Virus record (IMG/VR): IMGVR_UViG_3300022538_000960
Span: 1 to 64,000 of that record
Length of the DNA: 64,000 nt
Origin: a virus
Strand: one strand, 5' to 3'
The notes beneath the pieces were generated by a model. That model was given only the letters and a program-made list of their open reading frames with translations, was not told the DNA's origin and ran no database searches. Shown here in pieces: positions 6,617-17,016 of this stretch (position 1 is the stretch's first letter; every line of letters begins with the position of its first letter). The position numbers and the translations under genes are program-made.

Positions 6617-7600
6617 TTGAGAGTAAACAAAAGTAAAACCTTATTTAACCTGGTTCTGTTATTTTTTCTTCTGGCAAATTCAGCCTATAGTGCAGACCAG
6701 ACAGTTCATACCGCAGCATTTTTTGACCGGGATGGACCGGGAACAACGTCTGCCAATTTTTTGAAAATCGGAATAGGGGCTAAAGCCAGGGGTATGGGCG
6801 GTGCCTTCGTGGGTTTAGCCGATGATGCTTCTGCTATCTTTTGGAATCCTGCCGGTCTGTCTCAGCTCGGCTCTCCCCAGGTCATGTTTGTACATAACCT
6901 GTGGGCACAGGATGTAAGACATGAATATCTTGGTTATGCTTTGCCCATTGATACAAAGAACACTGTGGCGGTTGCCGTTATGTTCCTTCACATGGGTGAA
7001 ATTTTGGGATATGATGAGAATGATAAGCCCACCTCATTTTTCTCGGCCTACGATGCGGCCATGCTTTTAGGATACTCCAGAAAAATCTCCTCACATCTTT
7101 CCTTAGGTTGGACAGCTAAAGGCATTTTAGAGAAGCTGGAAGATCAGAAAGCGCAGGCGGTAGCATTTGATATGGGACTTTTTTACGATTCATACATTCT
7201 CTCTTTTGGTCTCTCTTTAAGAAACTTGGGAACAAAATTGAAATTCATGGAGAAAGAGCATCCTTTGCCCACAGACTTAAAAGTTGGAATTGCCTTCAAG
7301 GCTTTGAACAATCACCTTCTTCTAAGCACAGATATAGACTTTCTCACTGATACCTCGCCTGTATTACAGCAAGGAATTGAATGTAATTTTCAAAATGTTT
7401 TGTTTATAAGAAGTGGTGTCGAGTATAAGACCCAAAATCAGAGCTTGGGAAACTCGACCAGCCCAGCTGTAGGAGGGGGCATACGAATTTCAAAGTTTCA
7501 ATTTGACTACACCTATTCTTCCGTGAAACCCTTAGGGGACCTGCACAACTTCTCGCTGATTTATAGATTTAATGATAATTTAAATAAAAATGGGAAATAA
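6617..7600 (+). CDS. PorV/PorQ (UPF0164)-family outer-membrane beta-barrel
   Basis: Signal peptide, then ANFLKIGIGAKARGMGGAFVGLADDASAIFWNPAGL, amphipathic strands and a terminal HNFSLIYRF. Confidence 0.85.
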   Translation: MRVNKSKTLFNLVLLFFLLANSAYSADQTVHTAAFFDRDGPGTTSANFLKIGIGAKARGMGGAFVGLADDASAIFWNPAGLSQLGSPQVMFVHNLWAQDVRHEYLGYALPIDTKNTVAVAVMFLHMGEILGYDENDKPTSFFSAYDAAMLLGYSRKISSHLSLGWTAKGILEKLEDQKAQAVAFDMGLFYDSYILSFGLSLRNLGTKLKFMEKEHPLPTDLKVGIAFKALNNHLLLSTDIDFLTDTSPVLQQGIECNFQNVLFIRSGVEYKTQNQSLGNSTSPAVGGGIRISKFQFDYTYSSVKPLGDLHNFSLIYRFNDNLNKNGK

Positions 7601-7734
7601 ATGGAAATTTCATCATTTTTTGCCAATTTTTTTCATTAAATATCCAAATTTTGTCAATTTCATGGTAATAAACAAGGAAAATTTGGCATTTTTATTCATA
7701 ATATTATATTTTTGGATCTGAATGGAGGTAATTT

Positions 7735-8409
7735 ATGTTGTATATAATCGGGGCGAGCGGCCACGGCAGGGTTGTGCTTGATGTCTTAAATGCCATGCGG
7801 GAATTTTTTTCTGGAGAACCATTACATCCAATGACGATGCCCATACCAGAATTGTATACCGATAAAATTTGTTTTGCCGATCAAAATTCAGAGCTGGCTG
7901 GCAGATACCTGGATGGGCACAAGATTCTATGTATGAAAACGTATGCCTTACATGATGTCAGTTTCTTTTTTGTTGCCATTGGTGATAATGGAGTCAGACA
8001 GAAAATCTATGATGAATTGAAGTCGCGGGGCTACCCCACGGGTGTTCTTACAAGCCCCTTTGCCTATGTATCTCCAGAAGCAACCATAGGAAATGGAACA
8101 TTGATCAATCATGGGGCAATTATTCAACCGGGGATCCTAATTGGAGAAAATTGTATAATCAATACTGGCGCCAAGATAGATCACGACTGCAAAATTGGAA
8201 ATCATGCGCATATTTCACCGGGAGCAACGCTGTGTGGAAGCGTCCATATAGGGAATAATACAATGGTGGGGGCGGGAACAATCATAAAACCTGGTGCATC
8301 AATTGGCAGTAATTGTTTTATTTCGATGGGTTCCAAGATTAAATGTGATATTCCTGATGGATATATTGTGAATACCAAAGGGGTGATCAAAGAAAGGAGC
8401 AAATTGTGA
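7735..8409 (+). CDS. PglD/NeuD-type amino-sugar acetyltransferase
   Basis: IIGASGHG, VAIGDN.VR, hexapeptide repeats and INTGAKIDHDC. Confidence 0.9.
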   Translation: MLYIIGASGHGRVVLDVLNAMREFFSGEPLHPMTMPIPELYTDKICFADQNSELAGRYLDGHKILCMKTYALHDVSFFFVAIGDNGVRQKIYDELKSRGYPTGVLTSPFAYVSPEATIGNGTLINHGAIIQPGILIGENCIINTGAKIDHDCKIGNHAHISPGATLCGSVHIGNNTMVGAGTIIKPGASIGSNCFISMGSKIKCDIPDGYIVNTKGVIKERSKL

Positions 8410-9383
8410 ATATTCTCGTCACTGGCTGTGCTGGATTCATAGGGAGCCATTTTTTGAAATACGTATTCAAAAATACAGATTGGAAAATTTTTGGACTTGA
8501 TTCAATAACATATGCTGGGCAATTAGAAAATATAGGTGACGAAATACTCGAAAATTACAGATTTAAATTTATTTACGATTCTATTCAAAATGTCCAAATT
8601 GTCGATAAGTTGATGTCCAAATGTGATTATTGTGTCCATTTCGCAGGAGCAACTGATGTTAATAGATCAATTGAAAATGCGGATGATTTTATTGATACCA
8701 ATGTTGGAGGAACGAAAAACATATTGGATGCGCTGAGAAAATATAATTTAAAGCGCCTTATCTATATCTCAACGAGTGAAGTATATGGCGCGGTGAAAAT
8801 CGACCCAATGACTGAATCTCATCCTTTGGATCCTAGATCTCCATATGCTGCAACAAAATGTTCAGCAGACAGACTTTGCCAATCATATATAACGACATTT
8901 GATGTCCCTATCACCATAATTAGACCATTTAATAATTATGGACCTAATCAGCATCCAGAAAAATTGATACCTGGCGTTATTACATCAATATTGCAAGGGA
9001 AGCCGGGGAGAATATATGGGAGCGGACAAGCTGAAAGGGACTGGCTTTTTGTCAAAGATAATGTACGAGGAATATTTGAAGCAATGATAACTGACGTTGC
9101 ACACCAAAAAATAATAAATTTAGCAACAAATGAGTCTCATTCTGTTAATGAAGTCGTTGATATAATAATACAAAAAATTGGCGGATCAGTTGAACATATC
9201 GATGCAAGACCAGGGGAAGTATCGGCACATCGGGGGTCATACGATCTTGCAAAAACAATGCTCGATTGGTCTCCAAAGGTGAATTTAGAATCTGGCATAG
9301 AGCAAACCATAAATTGGTATAATCAAAATCAAGATTGGTGGAAAAGTAAACGAATCCAATTTGGATGTAAATTGGTCGAATAG
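8406..9383 (+). CDS. rfbB: NDP-glucose 4,6-dehydratase (RmlB-like)
   Basis: GCAGFIG, TYAG, VNRSI, STSEVYG, SPYAATK and NNYGPNQHPEKLIP. Confidence 0.85.
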   Translation: MNILVTGCAGFIGSHFLKYVFKNTDWKIFGLDSITYAGQLENIGDEILENYRFKFIYDSIQNVQIVDKLMSKCDYCVHFAGATDVNRSIENADDFIDTNVGGTKNILDALRKYNLKRLIYISTSEVYGAVKIDPMTESHPLDPRSPYAATKCSADRLCQSYITTFDVPITIIRPFNNYGPNQHPEKLIPGVITSILQGKPGRIYGSGQAERDWLFVKDNVRGIFEAMITDVAHQKIINLATNESHSVNEVVDIIIQKIGGSVEHIDARPGEVSAHRGSYDLAKTMLDWSPKVNLESGIEQTINWYNQNQDWWKSKRIQFGCKLVE

Positions 9384-9391
9384 GTGAGAAT

Positions 9392-9952
9392 ATGATTAAA
9401 CAATGCATTATGTGTAAATTGCATAAAGATGTTTCAGAATTTTATCGAAAAGGCGAAAATCGAAAAGGTAAGATACATTATGCATCTTATTGCAAAAAAT
9501 GTGATGCTATTCGGAGGATGAATTACTACAAAAGTAATGAAAAGATTGTCAAACGGAAAGCTAAGGAATACCGAGAAAAGAATAAAGAAAAATTAACCGC
9601 ATATAGACACAAAAATTGGATACGGAAATGGTGTATCGGGACAATTAATCATCATAGAAATTGTGGCTATGTATTAAAATTTACACTTGATGATCTTTAT
9701 AATTTGGCAATGAATACAAAAAAATGTTTTTATTGTGGTTGCGATCTCAAATGGTATCCAGGAAAACTTCAACCTTATTCCCCAACTTTGGATAGAATCG
9801 ATAATGGCAAAGAATTAGAACGTAATCAAATTGAAATTATATGCAGAAAATGCAATTCAACAAAACAAGATAGGAATTTTCATGAATTTATAAGATATTG
9901 CATATCTATTTCTAATAAATTTAAAAATTCCATATTACCAATGGAGTCTTGA
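9392..9952 (+). CDS. HNH endonuclease (family A, copy 2)
   Basis: N-terminal CxxC..EFY..CxxC; SPTLDRIDN...ICRKCNSTK. Confidence 0.85.
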   Translation: MIKQCIMCKLHKDVSEFYRKGENRKGKIHYASYCKKCDAIRRMNYYKSNEKIVKRKAKEYREKNKEKLTAYRHKNWIRKWCIGTINHHRNCGYVLKFTLDDLYNLAMNTKKCFYCGCDLKWYPGKLQPYSPTLDRIDNGKELERNQIEIICRKCNSTKQDRNFHEFIRYCISISNKFKNSILPMES

Positions 9953-9953
9953 G

Positions 9954-11030
9954 ATGATTAGATACGTATATCCGGAACTTCCAGATCTTTCGGAAATATC
10001 ATTTGATTTACAAGACGCATTACAAACAGGATCAGTTACGATGTGCTCACAAGTTGGACAATTTGAAAATGAAATTGCTAAATTTTTAGATGTTCCATAT
10101 GCCCTTTGTATGTCCAATGCCACGGCATGTCTGATGCTCATGCTTCGGAACATAGATGGAGATATTCTTGTTCCGTCTTGGACTTTTCATGCCACTTTGG
10201 CTGCATGCTGGTGGAATAAGCTGAAACCAATATATGTAGATATAGATCCAAAAACGTGGACCATTGATGTAGAAGATGCTCAAAGAAAAATGACACCGAA
10301 TACCAAGGCGATTCTGGCGATCAACATATTCGGATTGCCCCCAGATGTTGACGATTTGGTGGAGTTTGCTGATGCAAATAAAATTAAACTATTTTTTGAT
10401 TCCAGCCAGGGTATTGGATCAACATATCATGGCAGGCGCATTGGCAGTTTCGGAGACGGTGAGTGTTTTAGTCTGAGTGCGACCAAAGTACTTACAACGG
10501 GGGAGGGTGGCATTTTTACTACTTCTGATAAATATATGTATGAGTCAATGAAAGCGGGAAGACATTGGGGGGATCCCGGAGTTTCTTTCAATGGAGGAAC
10601 CTATAATCCCAGGACTCCCGGCCTAAATGGTCATATGACTGAATTTCAGGCAATTTTAGGTAAATGGGGACTAAGTCATTTAGACCGTTGGATTGAGGAG
10701 AAACATAAGCTCGTGGACATATATAAAAAATATCTTGGCAACCATGTGGTATATCAAGAAATTCCTCCTAATAGAACAACCACTTATAAAGATTTTTCAA
10801 TTTTAGTGCCACTGCAAAAGCATGAAGCAGTAATGGAAAATTTACTTAGAAATCTAATTCAGTTCAAGAATTATTTCTATCCTTGTCACTGGACCGATGC
10901 TTATAAAAATGGTACCAGCCTGCCGATTACCGAAGAATTTTATTATAGATCCATTTCCCTTCCAATATATAATAGACTCCCGGAAAAGGAAATAAAGTTC
11001 ATATGCGACGTCGTTTTGGAGATGTTATAA
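9954..11030 (+). CDS. DegT/DnrJ/EryC1/StrS PLP-dependent sugar aminotransferase
   Basis: SNATACL, DSSQGIG and FSLSATKVLTTGEGG (PLP lysine). Confidence 0.92.
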   Translation: MIRYVYPELPDLSEISFDLQDALQTGSVTMCSQVGQFENEIAKFLDVPYALCMSNATACLMLMLRNIDGDILVPSWTFHATLAACWWNKLKPIYVDIDPKTWTIDVEDAQRKMTPNTKAILAINIFGLPPDVDDLVEFADANKIKLFFDSSQGIGSTYHGRRIGSFGDGECFSLSATKVLTTGEGGIFTTSDKYMYESMKAGRHWGDPGVSFNGGTYNPRTPGLNGHMTEFQAILGKWGLSHLDRWIEEKHKLVDIYKKYLGNHVVYQEIPPNRTTTYKDFSILVPLQKHEAVMENLLRNLIQFKNYFYPCHWTDAYKNGTSLPITEEFYYRSISLPIYNRLPEKEIKFICDVVLEML

Positions 11031-11055
11031 TGAAAGTTTCAATAGGAGGATACAC

Positions 11056-12114
11056 ATGAGAGTTTTGGTAATCGGATTCTATGGAATGGGTAATACAGGA
11101 GACGAAGCTATTCTGAATGGATTAGTTGTAACTATGCGCAGAATTGATCCCGATATTGGAATTGATGTGGGGACGGAATTGCCATTTATATATTTTGGTG
11201 ATTATAATGAATGGAGAGGTGTCTCGTCATTAATGAAAGACGGCATTTATTATGACGTAGGATCTAGGTCGTTAACTAATTATGCCTTTGGAGAAGGAAC
11301 GGAGCGGATTGGATTGGTCATACTTGGGGGTGGTGGGCTATCAATTGGGTATGGGTATGGCCTGGTCATGCGTGCAATGGATGCGGGAATTCCTGTAATA
11401 AATATGGGAATTGAATATAGAAATGAATGTAGAACTTTCTCTTTATTTCATGAATTTCTTAAACGGTTTTCTGATATTGCGGTCCGATCTCGAGATTCGA
11501 GTAATTTTCTAACTTCTCTGGGAATTCATCACCATCTTACTTTTTGCCCCAGTTTGCAGGTTGATCCTGTAACGTGTGATCCATTGCCTGACGATTACAT
11601 AGTAATAACTCCGAGACGCACAAATGATTCTGACGATGAAATGCAAGTGCAGATCATAGTCGATAAATTGAAAGAATTGAACAAACCGGCGATTCTGATT
11701 CCATTTAGTAAATACGATTTAGCTGGATTCCCGATAGATATGAAAATTTGCGAAGAAGTGAAGTCTCAATATCAGAATTCATCTATAATTCCGAAACTTG
11801 ATGGATATAAACCTGGGTCATATAAATTTATTATTTCCAAAGCCTCTCTGCTTATAAATTCTGGAAGATTTCATGCATCCATATTCGCGGCGGAATTTGG
11901 GGTTCCAACAATCCATAGCTGTCCTGCGGACAGTGCGGACAAAATTTACAATTTTCTCTCTGAATTTGGAATTGAAAAACGCCACTCATGGGCAGATGGA
12001 TTTGGTCCCCCAGTTGATTTTGGTAGTTTGGAAAACAAAGATATTATGAATAGATTTCGTGGACTGGAAAAAATGAATTCGGAAATTCTAAAAACATATA
12101 TTCCCAGTTCTTAA
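11056..12114 (+). CDS. Polysaccharide pyruvyl transferase (CsaB/WcaK family)
   Basis: GFYGMGNTGDEAIL, GGGGL, VRSRDS and RFHASIFA. Confidence 0.85.
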   Translation: MRVLVIGFYGMGNTGDEAILNGLVVTMRRIDPDIGIDVGTELPFIYFGDYNEWRGVSSLMKDGIYYDVGSRSLTNYAFGEGTERIGLVILGGGGLSIGYGYGLVMRAMDAGIPVINMGIEYRNECRTFSLFHEFLKRFSDIAVRSRDSSNFLTSLGIHHHLTFCPSLQVDPVTCDPLPDDYIVITPRRTNDSDDEMQVQIIVDKLKELNKPAILIPFSKYDLAGFPIDMKICEEVKSQYQNSSIIPKLDGYKPGSYKFIISKASLLINSGRFHASIFAAEFGVPTIHSCPADSADKIYNFLSEFGIEKRHSWADGFGPPVDFGSLENKDIMNRFRGLEKMNSEILKTYIPSS

Positions 12115-12154
12115 AATTTTTTTGGAATAATTTTGACATTAACGCGGAAGGATA

Positions 12155-13075
12155 ATGAAAATTTCAATTATTTGTACTTTGTTTAATCGCTTAAGTTATT
12201 TGAAAATGCTGATGTGGAATATATTTAATTACCAAGATTTCAATAAATCACAATTAGAATTTATTGTTGTTGATGATGGGGGATCTCAAGATATTTTATC
12301 GTATTTGAAGACCGACTATGCAGGAAAAAATGTTCAGTACATCAGGACAAACAGAAAAGCGAGAGCTGGATATGGTAATCTGCCAGCTGGGCGAGCAATT
12401 CCCACAAATTTAGGTGTATCTTTTTCAAAAGGCGAAATAATTCTTATTTGTGACGCAGAAGATTTTATGTTAGACCCGAATCATTTGTCATTTTTTTGTG
12501 AAAATTTAGAAGACCCAAAACAAATTGCTGCGGCCAATGCAATGGAAACATTGACAATTGGCGAATTATCATATGTTAGAGAAAATTATAAAAATGTTTC
12601 ACTTATTAAAAAATATATAGCCGAACGCCGCAATGTGGATCTTTCTAGAGAGCATTATTTTGCTGGAAGACATTCTGGCTATTGGGCGCAACCCCGCGAA
12701 GGATTTGTTTCTATTGGAGGATTTGATGAAAGATTAATTGGTCTTTGCGGTGATGATTCTGAATTTAACTATAGGCTTAGAAAATTAAATTATACATATG
12801 TGCCTTCTCCTTTATTTATAGTACATAATTATCATGGGGAAAATGTCGGTGGACCTATGCGTCATTGGGGAGATGAGTTTAATAATGTAAATCAATATAC
12901 CCCCGAACTTAAGGCAAAGAATAGTAAATTTACAGAGAAACATAATGAGATGGGAAGAATAATTAATGCCGAACAAGACTCTGGAAAAAGACAACTTAAA
13001 TTACGGATGGGGGTAAAATTTTATGATGATGATATTCACATCGATTTATCAAGATACAAAAAGGAGAAACAATGA
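12155..13075 (+). CDS. GT2 glycosyltransferase (A)
   Basis: IVVDDGG, CDAED, GGFDE..G..GDD.E. Confidence 0.85.
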   Translation: MKISIICTLFNRLSYLKMLMWNIFNYQDFNKSQLEFIVVDDGGSQDILSYLKTDYAGKNVQYIRTNRKARAGYGNLPAGRAIPTNLGVSFSKGEIILICDAEDFMLDPNHLSFFCENLEDPKQIAAANAMETLTIGELSYVRENYKNVSLIKKYIAERRNVDLSREHYFAGRHSGYWAQPREGFVSIGGFDERLIGLCGDDSEFNYRLRKLNYTYVPSPLFIVHNYHGENVGGPMRHWGDEFNNVNQYTPELKAKNSKFTEKHNEMGRIINAEQDSGKRQLKLRMGVKFYDDDIHIDLSRYKKEKQ

Positions 13076-14040
13076 AAGTATCTATAACGATCCCAATTTG
13101 GAATCGGGCAGCATATCTTCAGTATTCGTTATATTTGTATGCGAAACAAACTATCAAGGATTTTGAAATTATAGTGATCGATGATAATTCGGATGATAAT
13201 CCATATGATGTGTGCAAAATTTTCAAGGATCATATGAATATCAGGTTTTTCAGATGCGGAAGAAAGGAAGACCAGTCCCTTCCTCAAGGTTGTGGTCCAT
13301 TGTTAAATTTTGCAGCAAAAAATGTAGCGAAAGGTGAGATAACAATCTATGCCGATCCAGAAGTTATGCCATTTCCCGATTTTGTGGAACAACACTATTT
13401 ATCTCATCAGCCCGGACATATTATTAAGGAACCAGACTTTATAGCGCCGGGGGTTCCTGGGAAAATTAGAAATCCAATAGCAATCGAAATGGAAACATAC
13501 TACAATATCAAAGGATTGACATTAAAAACATGGATTGAGCATAGAAACCTATTTGGAACTTTAGAAGGTTGGATGAAAGAGGGAAGAATAAAAGATATTG
13601 TCAGTATGTGGAATTGGATGTGGTCCATTATAATGAAATTGCCAAATGATCATACCGGGGAACATAACAAAGATTCCAGTTATAGAAATGGGGATCAGTC
13701 TTTTTGGGGGTTCCAAGGATCACAAGCAGGCTGGTCATACAGAACAGATAAATATGTTGAACTGAGAGGTTGGAATGAAGACTGTTCTAAGCTTGGCTAT
13801 TGGATGGCTGAAGATTGTGAATTTGGAGCAAGGATGAGGCGCGCAGGTATTCAGTCCATTGAAAATGCTAATATTCGCGCAATTCATTTATGTCATCCAA
13901 AAGCGACTATTGGTTCCGATGAAATGATAGATAACTGTGTCCGAGATCCATATGAACGAAATGAAGATTGTATTATTGGCAATGTCGGGCACAAGTGGGG
14001 TGATCCAGAGATTTTAAAAATTGAAGAGATTAAGTTGTAA
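13072..14040 (+). CDS. GT2 glycosyltransferase (B)
   Basis: IVIDDNSDD, ADPE, GWNE...AEDCE. Confidence 0.85.
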   Translation: MKVSITIPIWNRAAYLQYSLYLYAKQTIKDFEIIVIDDNSDDNPYDVCKIFKDHMNIRFFRCGRKEDQSLPQGCGPLLNFAAKNVAKGEITIYADPEVMPFPDFVEQHYLSHQPGHIIKEPDFIAPGVPGKIRNPIAIEMETYYNIKGLTLKTWIEHRNLFGTLEGWMKEGRIKDIVSMWNWMWSIIMKLPNDHTGEHNKDSSYRNGDQSFWGFQGSQAGWSYRTDKYVELRGWNEDCSKLGYWMAEDCEFGARMRRAGIQSIENANIRAIHLCHPKATIGSDEMIDNCVRDPYERNEDCIIGNVGHKWGDPEILKIEEIKL

Positions 14041-14063
14041 CCAAATTTAAATGGAGATCATGG

Positions 14064-14645
14064 GTGAGATTCGAAGAATCACAAAAAAGAGTAATGGCAA
14101 TGGGAGGACAGGATAATAGTTTAGATCTCGGTTATAGATATTTATATGATGTCGTTATGGATAGCCCAGATGGGGCTGTCGTCGAAATAGGCGTTTTGGG
14201 TGGAGTTGCCGCTGCCACTTTATGTGCTGCTGCAGAAGAAAAAAATGTTAAATATTATGGAATTGATCCGTGGGACATGTTAACTTCAAATGATCATTTG
14301 AGACATTTGGTTGGAGATCCGGTAAAAAATGAAGAACTGGCTAAAAAAACCATGTCTGAGTTAAAATTTACAAACTACGAATTCATTAAGGGATTTTCCT
14401 ATGATGTTGCAAAAAATTTTAACGAATCGATTGGATGTCTATTTATTGATGGATGCCATTGTTACGAATGTGTAAAAAAGGATTTTCTCCTATGGCAGTC
14501 CAAAATAGCTTTGAATGGCACAATCGTATTTCATGATGCAGGGTGGGATGGTGTTGGAAAAGTAATAGAAGGCATAGTAAAAAACGACCATAATTTTGTA
14601 GAAATACAAAACGTTCAAATTGAAACATATAAAAAAATTTCATAG
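14064..14645 (+). CDS. Class I SAM methyltransferase (Methyltransf_24-like)
   Basis: VEIGVLGG, GIDPW, FIDGCH.YE.V..D and IVFHD. Confidence 0.85.
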   Translation: MRFEESQKRVMAMGGQDNSLDLGYRYLYDVVMDSPDGAVVEIGVLGGVAAATLCAAAEEKNVKYYGIDPWDMLTSNDHLRHLVGDPVKNEELAKKTMSELKFTNYEFIKGFSYDVAKNFNESIGCLFIDGCHCYECVKKDFLLWQSKIALNGTIVFHDAGWDGVGKVIEGIVKNDHNFVEIQNVQIETYKKIS

Positions 14646-14660
14646 ATTGCAAGTGGTGTT

Positions 14661-15419
14661 ATGGTTCCAAAAATGTCTGTTGGAATTGATTTTTTCCATG
14701 ATAGGAAACCGTTTATAAAAAGTCTAATACATTCATTAAACTCGCAAACGTTTAGGGATTTCGAAGTAATATTTATGGATGATGGACCCGAATGTGGTGC
14801 ACTTGATGAATTAAAAAACCTAAAACATTTTTTTCCTATAAGATATTATTATGTGAATAGGAGACCAGAAGCGGAAACTTTGGAAAATCCATCATTTCTT
14901 GCATGTGGGAATCTTACAAATTTTGTTGTAGATAATATGAATTCGGATAAATATATAAGATGTGATCCAGAAGTGATACTACCACCAAATATATTGTATA
15001 ATTACTATATAGCTCTATATGTTTCGCTGTTACATAATATAAAGAATTTTTTTGTTTGCGGCAGATATTGTGCAGAAAAATCATCCGAAGAATTTTTGCT
15101 CCATAATTGGAATAATATTCCAGCTATGATGAAACATTGTGAATCAAATTGTCCAACAGATTGTGGATATTTTTCATGCATGGCAATATCTAAATCCGAT
15201 TTCCAAGATATTGGTGGATTCACCACAAATGAAAAAGGATGGGGAGGCATAGACCAGGAGTTTACAGCAAGAGCGACAAAATTAAAATATAGGCATCATA
15301 GTTTACCTATGTTAACTATTCATCAATGTCATAAAAGAAATAGCGACTATAAAATGAGTAGTGGTATCGATCATCCGATAACGAACCCAAAATTAACAAT
15401 TTTAGAATCAAATTTATAA
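14661..15419 (+). CDS. GT2 glycosyltransferase (C)
   Basis: IFMDDG, CDPE, IGGF...GWGGID.E. Confidence 0.8.
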   Translation: MVPKMSVGIDFFHDRKPFIKSLIHSLNSQTFRDFEVIFMDDGPECGALDELKNLKHFFPIRYYYVNRRPEAETLENPSFLACGNLTNFVVDNMNSDKYIRCDPEVILPPNILYNYYIALYVSLLHNIKNFFVCGRYCAEKSSEEFLLHNWNNIPAMMKHCESNCPTDCGYFSCMAISKSDFQDIGGFTTNEKGWGGIDQEFTARATKLKYRHHSLPMLTIHQCHKRNSDYKMSSGIDHPITNPKLTILESNL

Positions 15420-15427
15420 AATTTTTT

Positions 15428-16447
15428 ATGAACCCAATAATATCTGTGATATTGGAAACTGCGCGATATGGCGGTCTTGATTGGCAATTAAAACTGCTTG
15501 CAAACCAGTCATTCAAGGATTTTGAATTAATTCTTATTGATGGATGTTATAATGAACGAAAGGAATTTGTTTTAGTTCTTGCGGAAGAATTAAATATAGA
15601 TTTGATATATCTAGAAGAACAATTTCCATTTAAAACTTCGCATGTGCGTCCTTTGAATGTAAATACCTGCATGAAATTCGCAACAGGTAAATATTTTGTT
15701 TTTCTTGATGATTATCATCTTTTTCCAAATAATTTTTTGGAAGAGCATTATAAAATTTGTGAACACGGGTGTGGCGGGATAGTTCAGTGGCTTGGTATTA
15801 AATATGAAGATCAAATAGATTATTCGGAAAAGTCTCCAATAATTATTGATAAGGATCCAAGAATAGATTATTTTTTAGATCACATTAATGATTTTGTAAA
15901 GTTTGACAATTGGTATTTGGGCGTTCCTTGGGATTGGTGGTGGCCAAATTCTGTAAGCATCCCGGCTAAATATATACGAACAGTAAATGGTTTCAATGAG
16001 ATATATTGTGGGGGAAGTGGGGGAGAGGACAATGATGTTGCATATAGGATGTTTTCTACCGGGGCGAAATTTGCTTTCAATCCAATTTTAATTGCTTATC
16101 ATGTACAACATAGGAAGGATGATATTCCCATGCGAGAACCCCCTCATAGAATTGGATTAAATTCTGTACCAGATTGTAGTTTTGCTCATGATCGACGGCC
16201 ATTTACAAAGAATGAATATTGGCCGCATGGTGACCCTAATTTAATAGAAAATGATCAATTGTTTACATGGTTTGAATCCGGGTACAAACTTTTTCAATGC
16301 AAACATTGCGGCGAATTTGGATGTGTGGATGGGCACCAAATGTTGCAAAATACTAAAATTCGATATGCTCAAAACAATCAGATGCCACCAGATGAAATTC
16401 ATTTTTCTGACGGAACAACCCATAAATGTATAAACATAAGGAAATAA
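15428..16447 (+). CDS. GT2 glycosyltransferase (D) with C-terminal CxxC
   Basis: LIDG, FLDD, NGFNE..GGSGGED and CKHCG. Confidence 0.82.
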   Translation: MNPIISVILETARYGGLDWQLKLLANQSFKDFELILIDGCYNERKEFVLVLAEELNIDLIYLEEQFPFKTSHVRPLNVNTCMKFATGKYFVFLDDYHLFPNNFLEEHYKICEHGCGGIVQWLGIKYEDQIDYSEKSPIIIDKDPRIDYFLDHINDFVKFDNWYLGVPWDWWWPNSVSIPAKYIRTVNGFNEIYCGGSGGEDNDVAYRMFSTGAKFAFNPILIAYHVQHRKDDIPMREPPHRIGLNSVPDCSFAHDRRPFTKNEYWPHGDPNLIENDQLFTWFESGYKLFQCKHCGEFGCVDGHQMLQNTKIRYAQNNQMPPDEIHFSDGTTHKCINIRK

Positions 16448-16448
16448 A

Positions 16449-17015
16449 ATGAAGTATGAAATAATGAAAGAGCTATGGATTAAGCATCACCCTGATTGGC
16501 TTGGCGATATTCCGCAAGTAGAGTTTTTATATAATGCTGCGATGGATGCGCCCACAGATTCCAAATTTTTCGTAGAGATTGGAACCCAATATGGAGAATC
16601 GGCACTGATGTTAACTGCCGCCGCCGAAGATAAAGGACAAATTTTATATTGCATTGATCCATTTGATCTTCATTCTCAAGGCCAATCTCAGACTGAATTA
16701 ACGTTCCGTAAAAACATGGAAACAGTTGGTCTTACTAATTGGATTCTTATCAGAAAACTTGCGGAAGACGCTGCACCCACCTTTGAATTTTCAATTGCTT
16801 TGTTATATATAGATGGAAATCATAACTACGAGTACGTACTAAAAGATTGGGAATTATGGGCGCCGAAATTAATTCCTGGAGGTGTATTGATCTTTCATGA
16901 TCGTGATTGCGACGGCGTATCTAAAGTATTGAATCTAGTTAGACAAGATCAATTATTTTGTAATGAGAAAATTGGGCCCGATCCTTTGATTTCATTTGAA
17001 AGGAAAAAGAATTGA
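16449..17015 (+). CDS. Class I SAM methyltransferase (paralog of 14064)
   Basis: VEIGTQYGES, IDPF, YIDGNHNYE and GGVLIFHD. Confidence 0.85.
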   Translation: MKYEIMKELWIKHHPDWLGDIPQVEFLYNAAMDAPTDSKFFVEIGTQYGESALMLTAAAEDKGQILYCIDPFDLHSQGQSQTELTFRKNMETVGLTNWILIRKLAEDAAPTFEFSIALLYIDGNHNYEYVLKDWELWAPKLIPGGVLIFHDRDCDGVSKVLNLVRQDQLFCNEKIGPDPLISFERKKN

Positions 17016-17016
17016 A

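Noticed and set aside
7601-7734. Sigma-54 promoter at TTGGCA (~7683)
   Set aside because: The -12 TGC element is missing at the required spacing; this is simply an AT-rich spacer.
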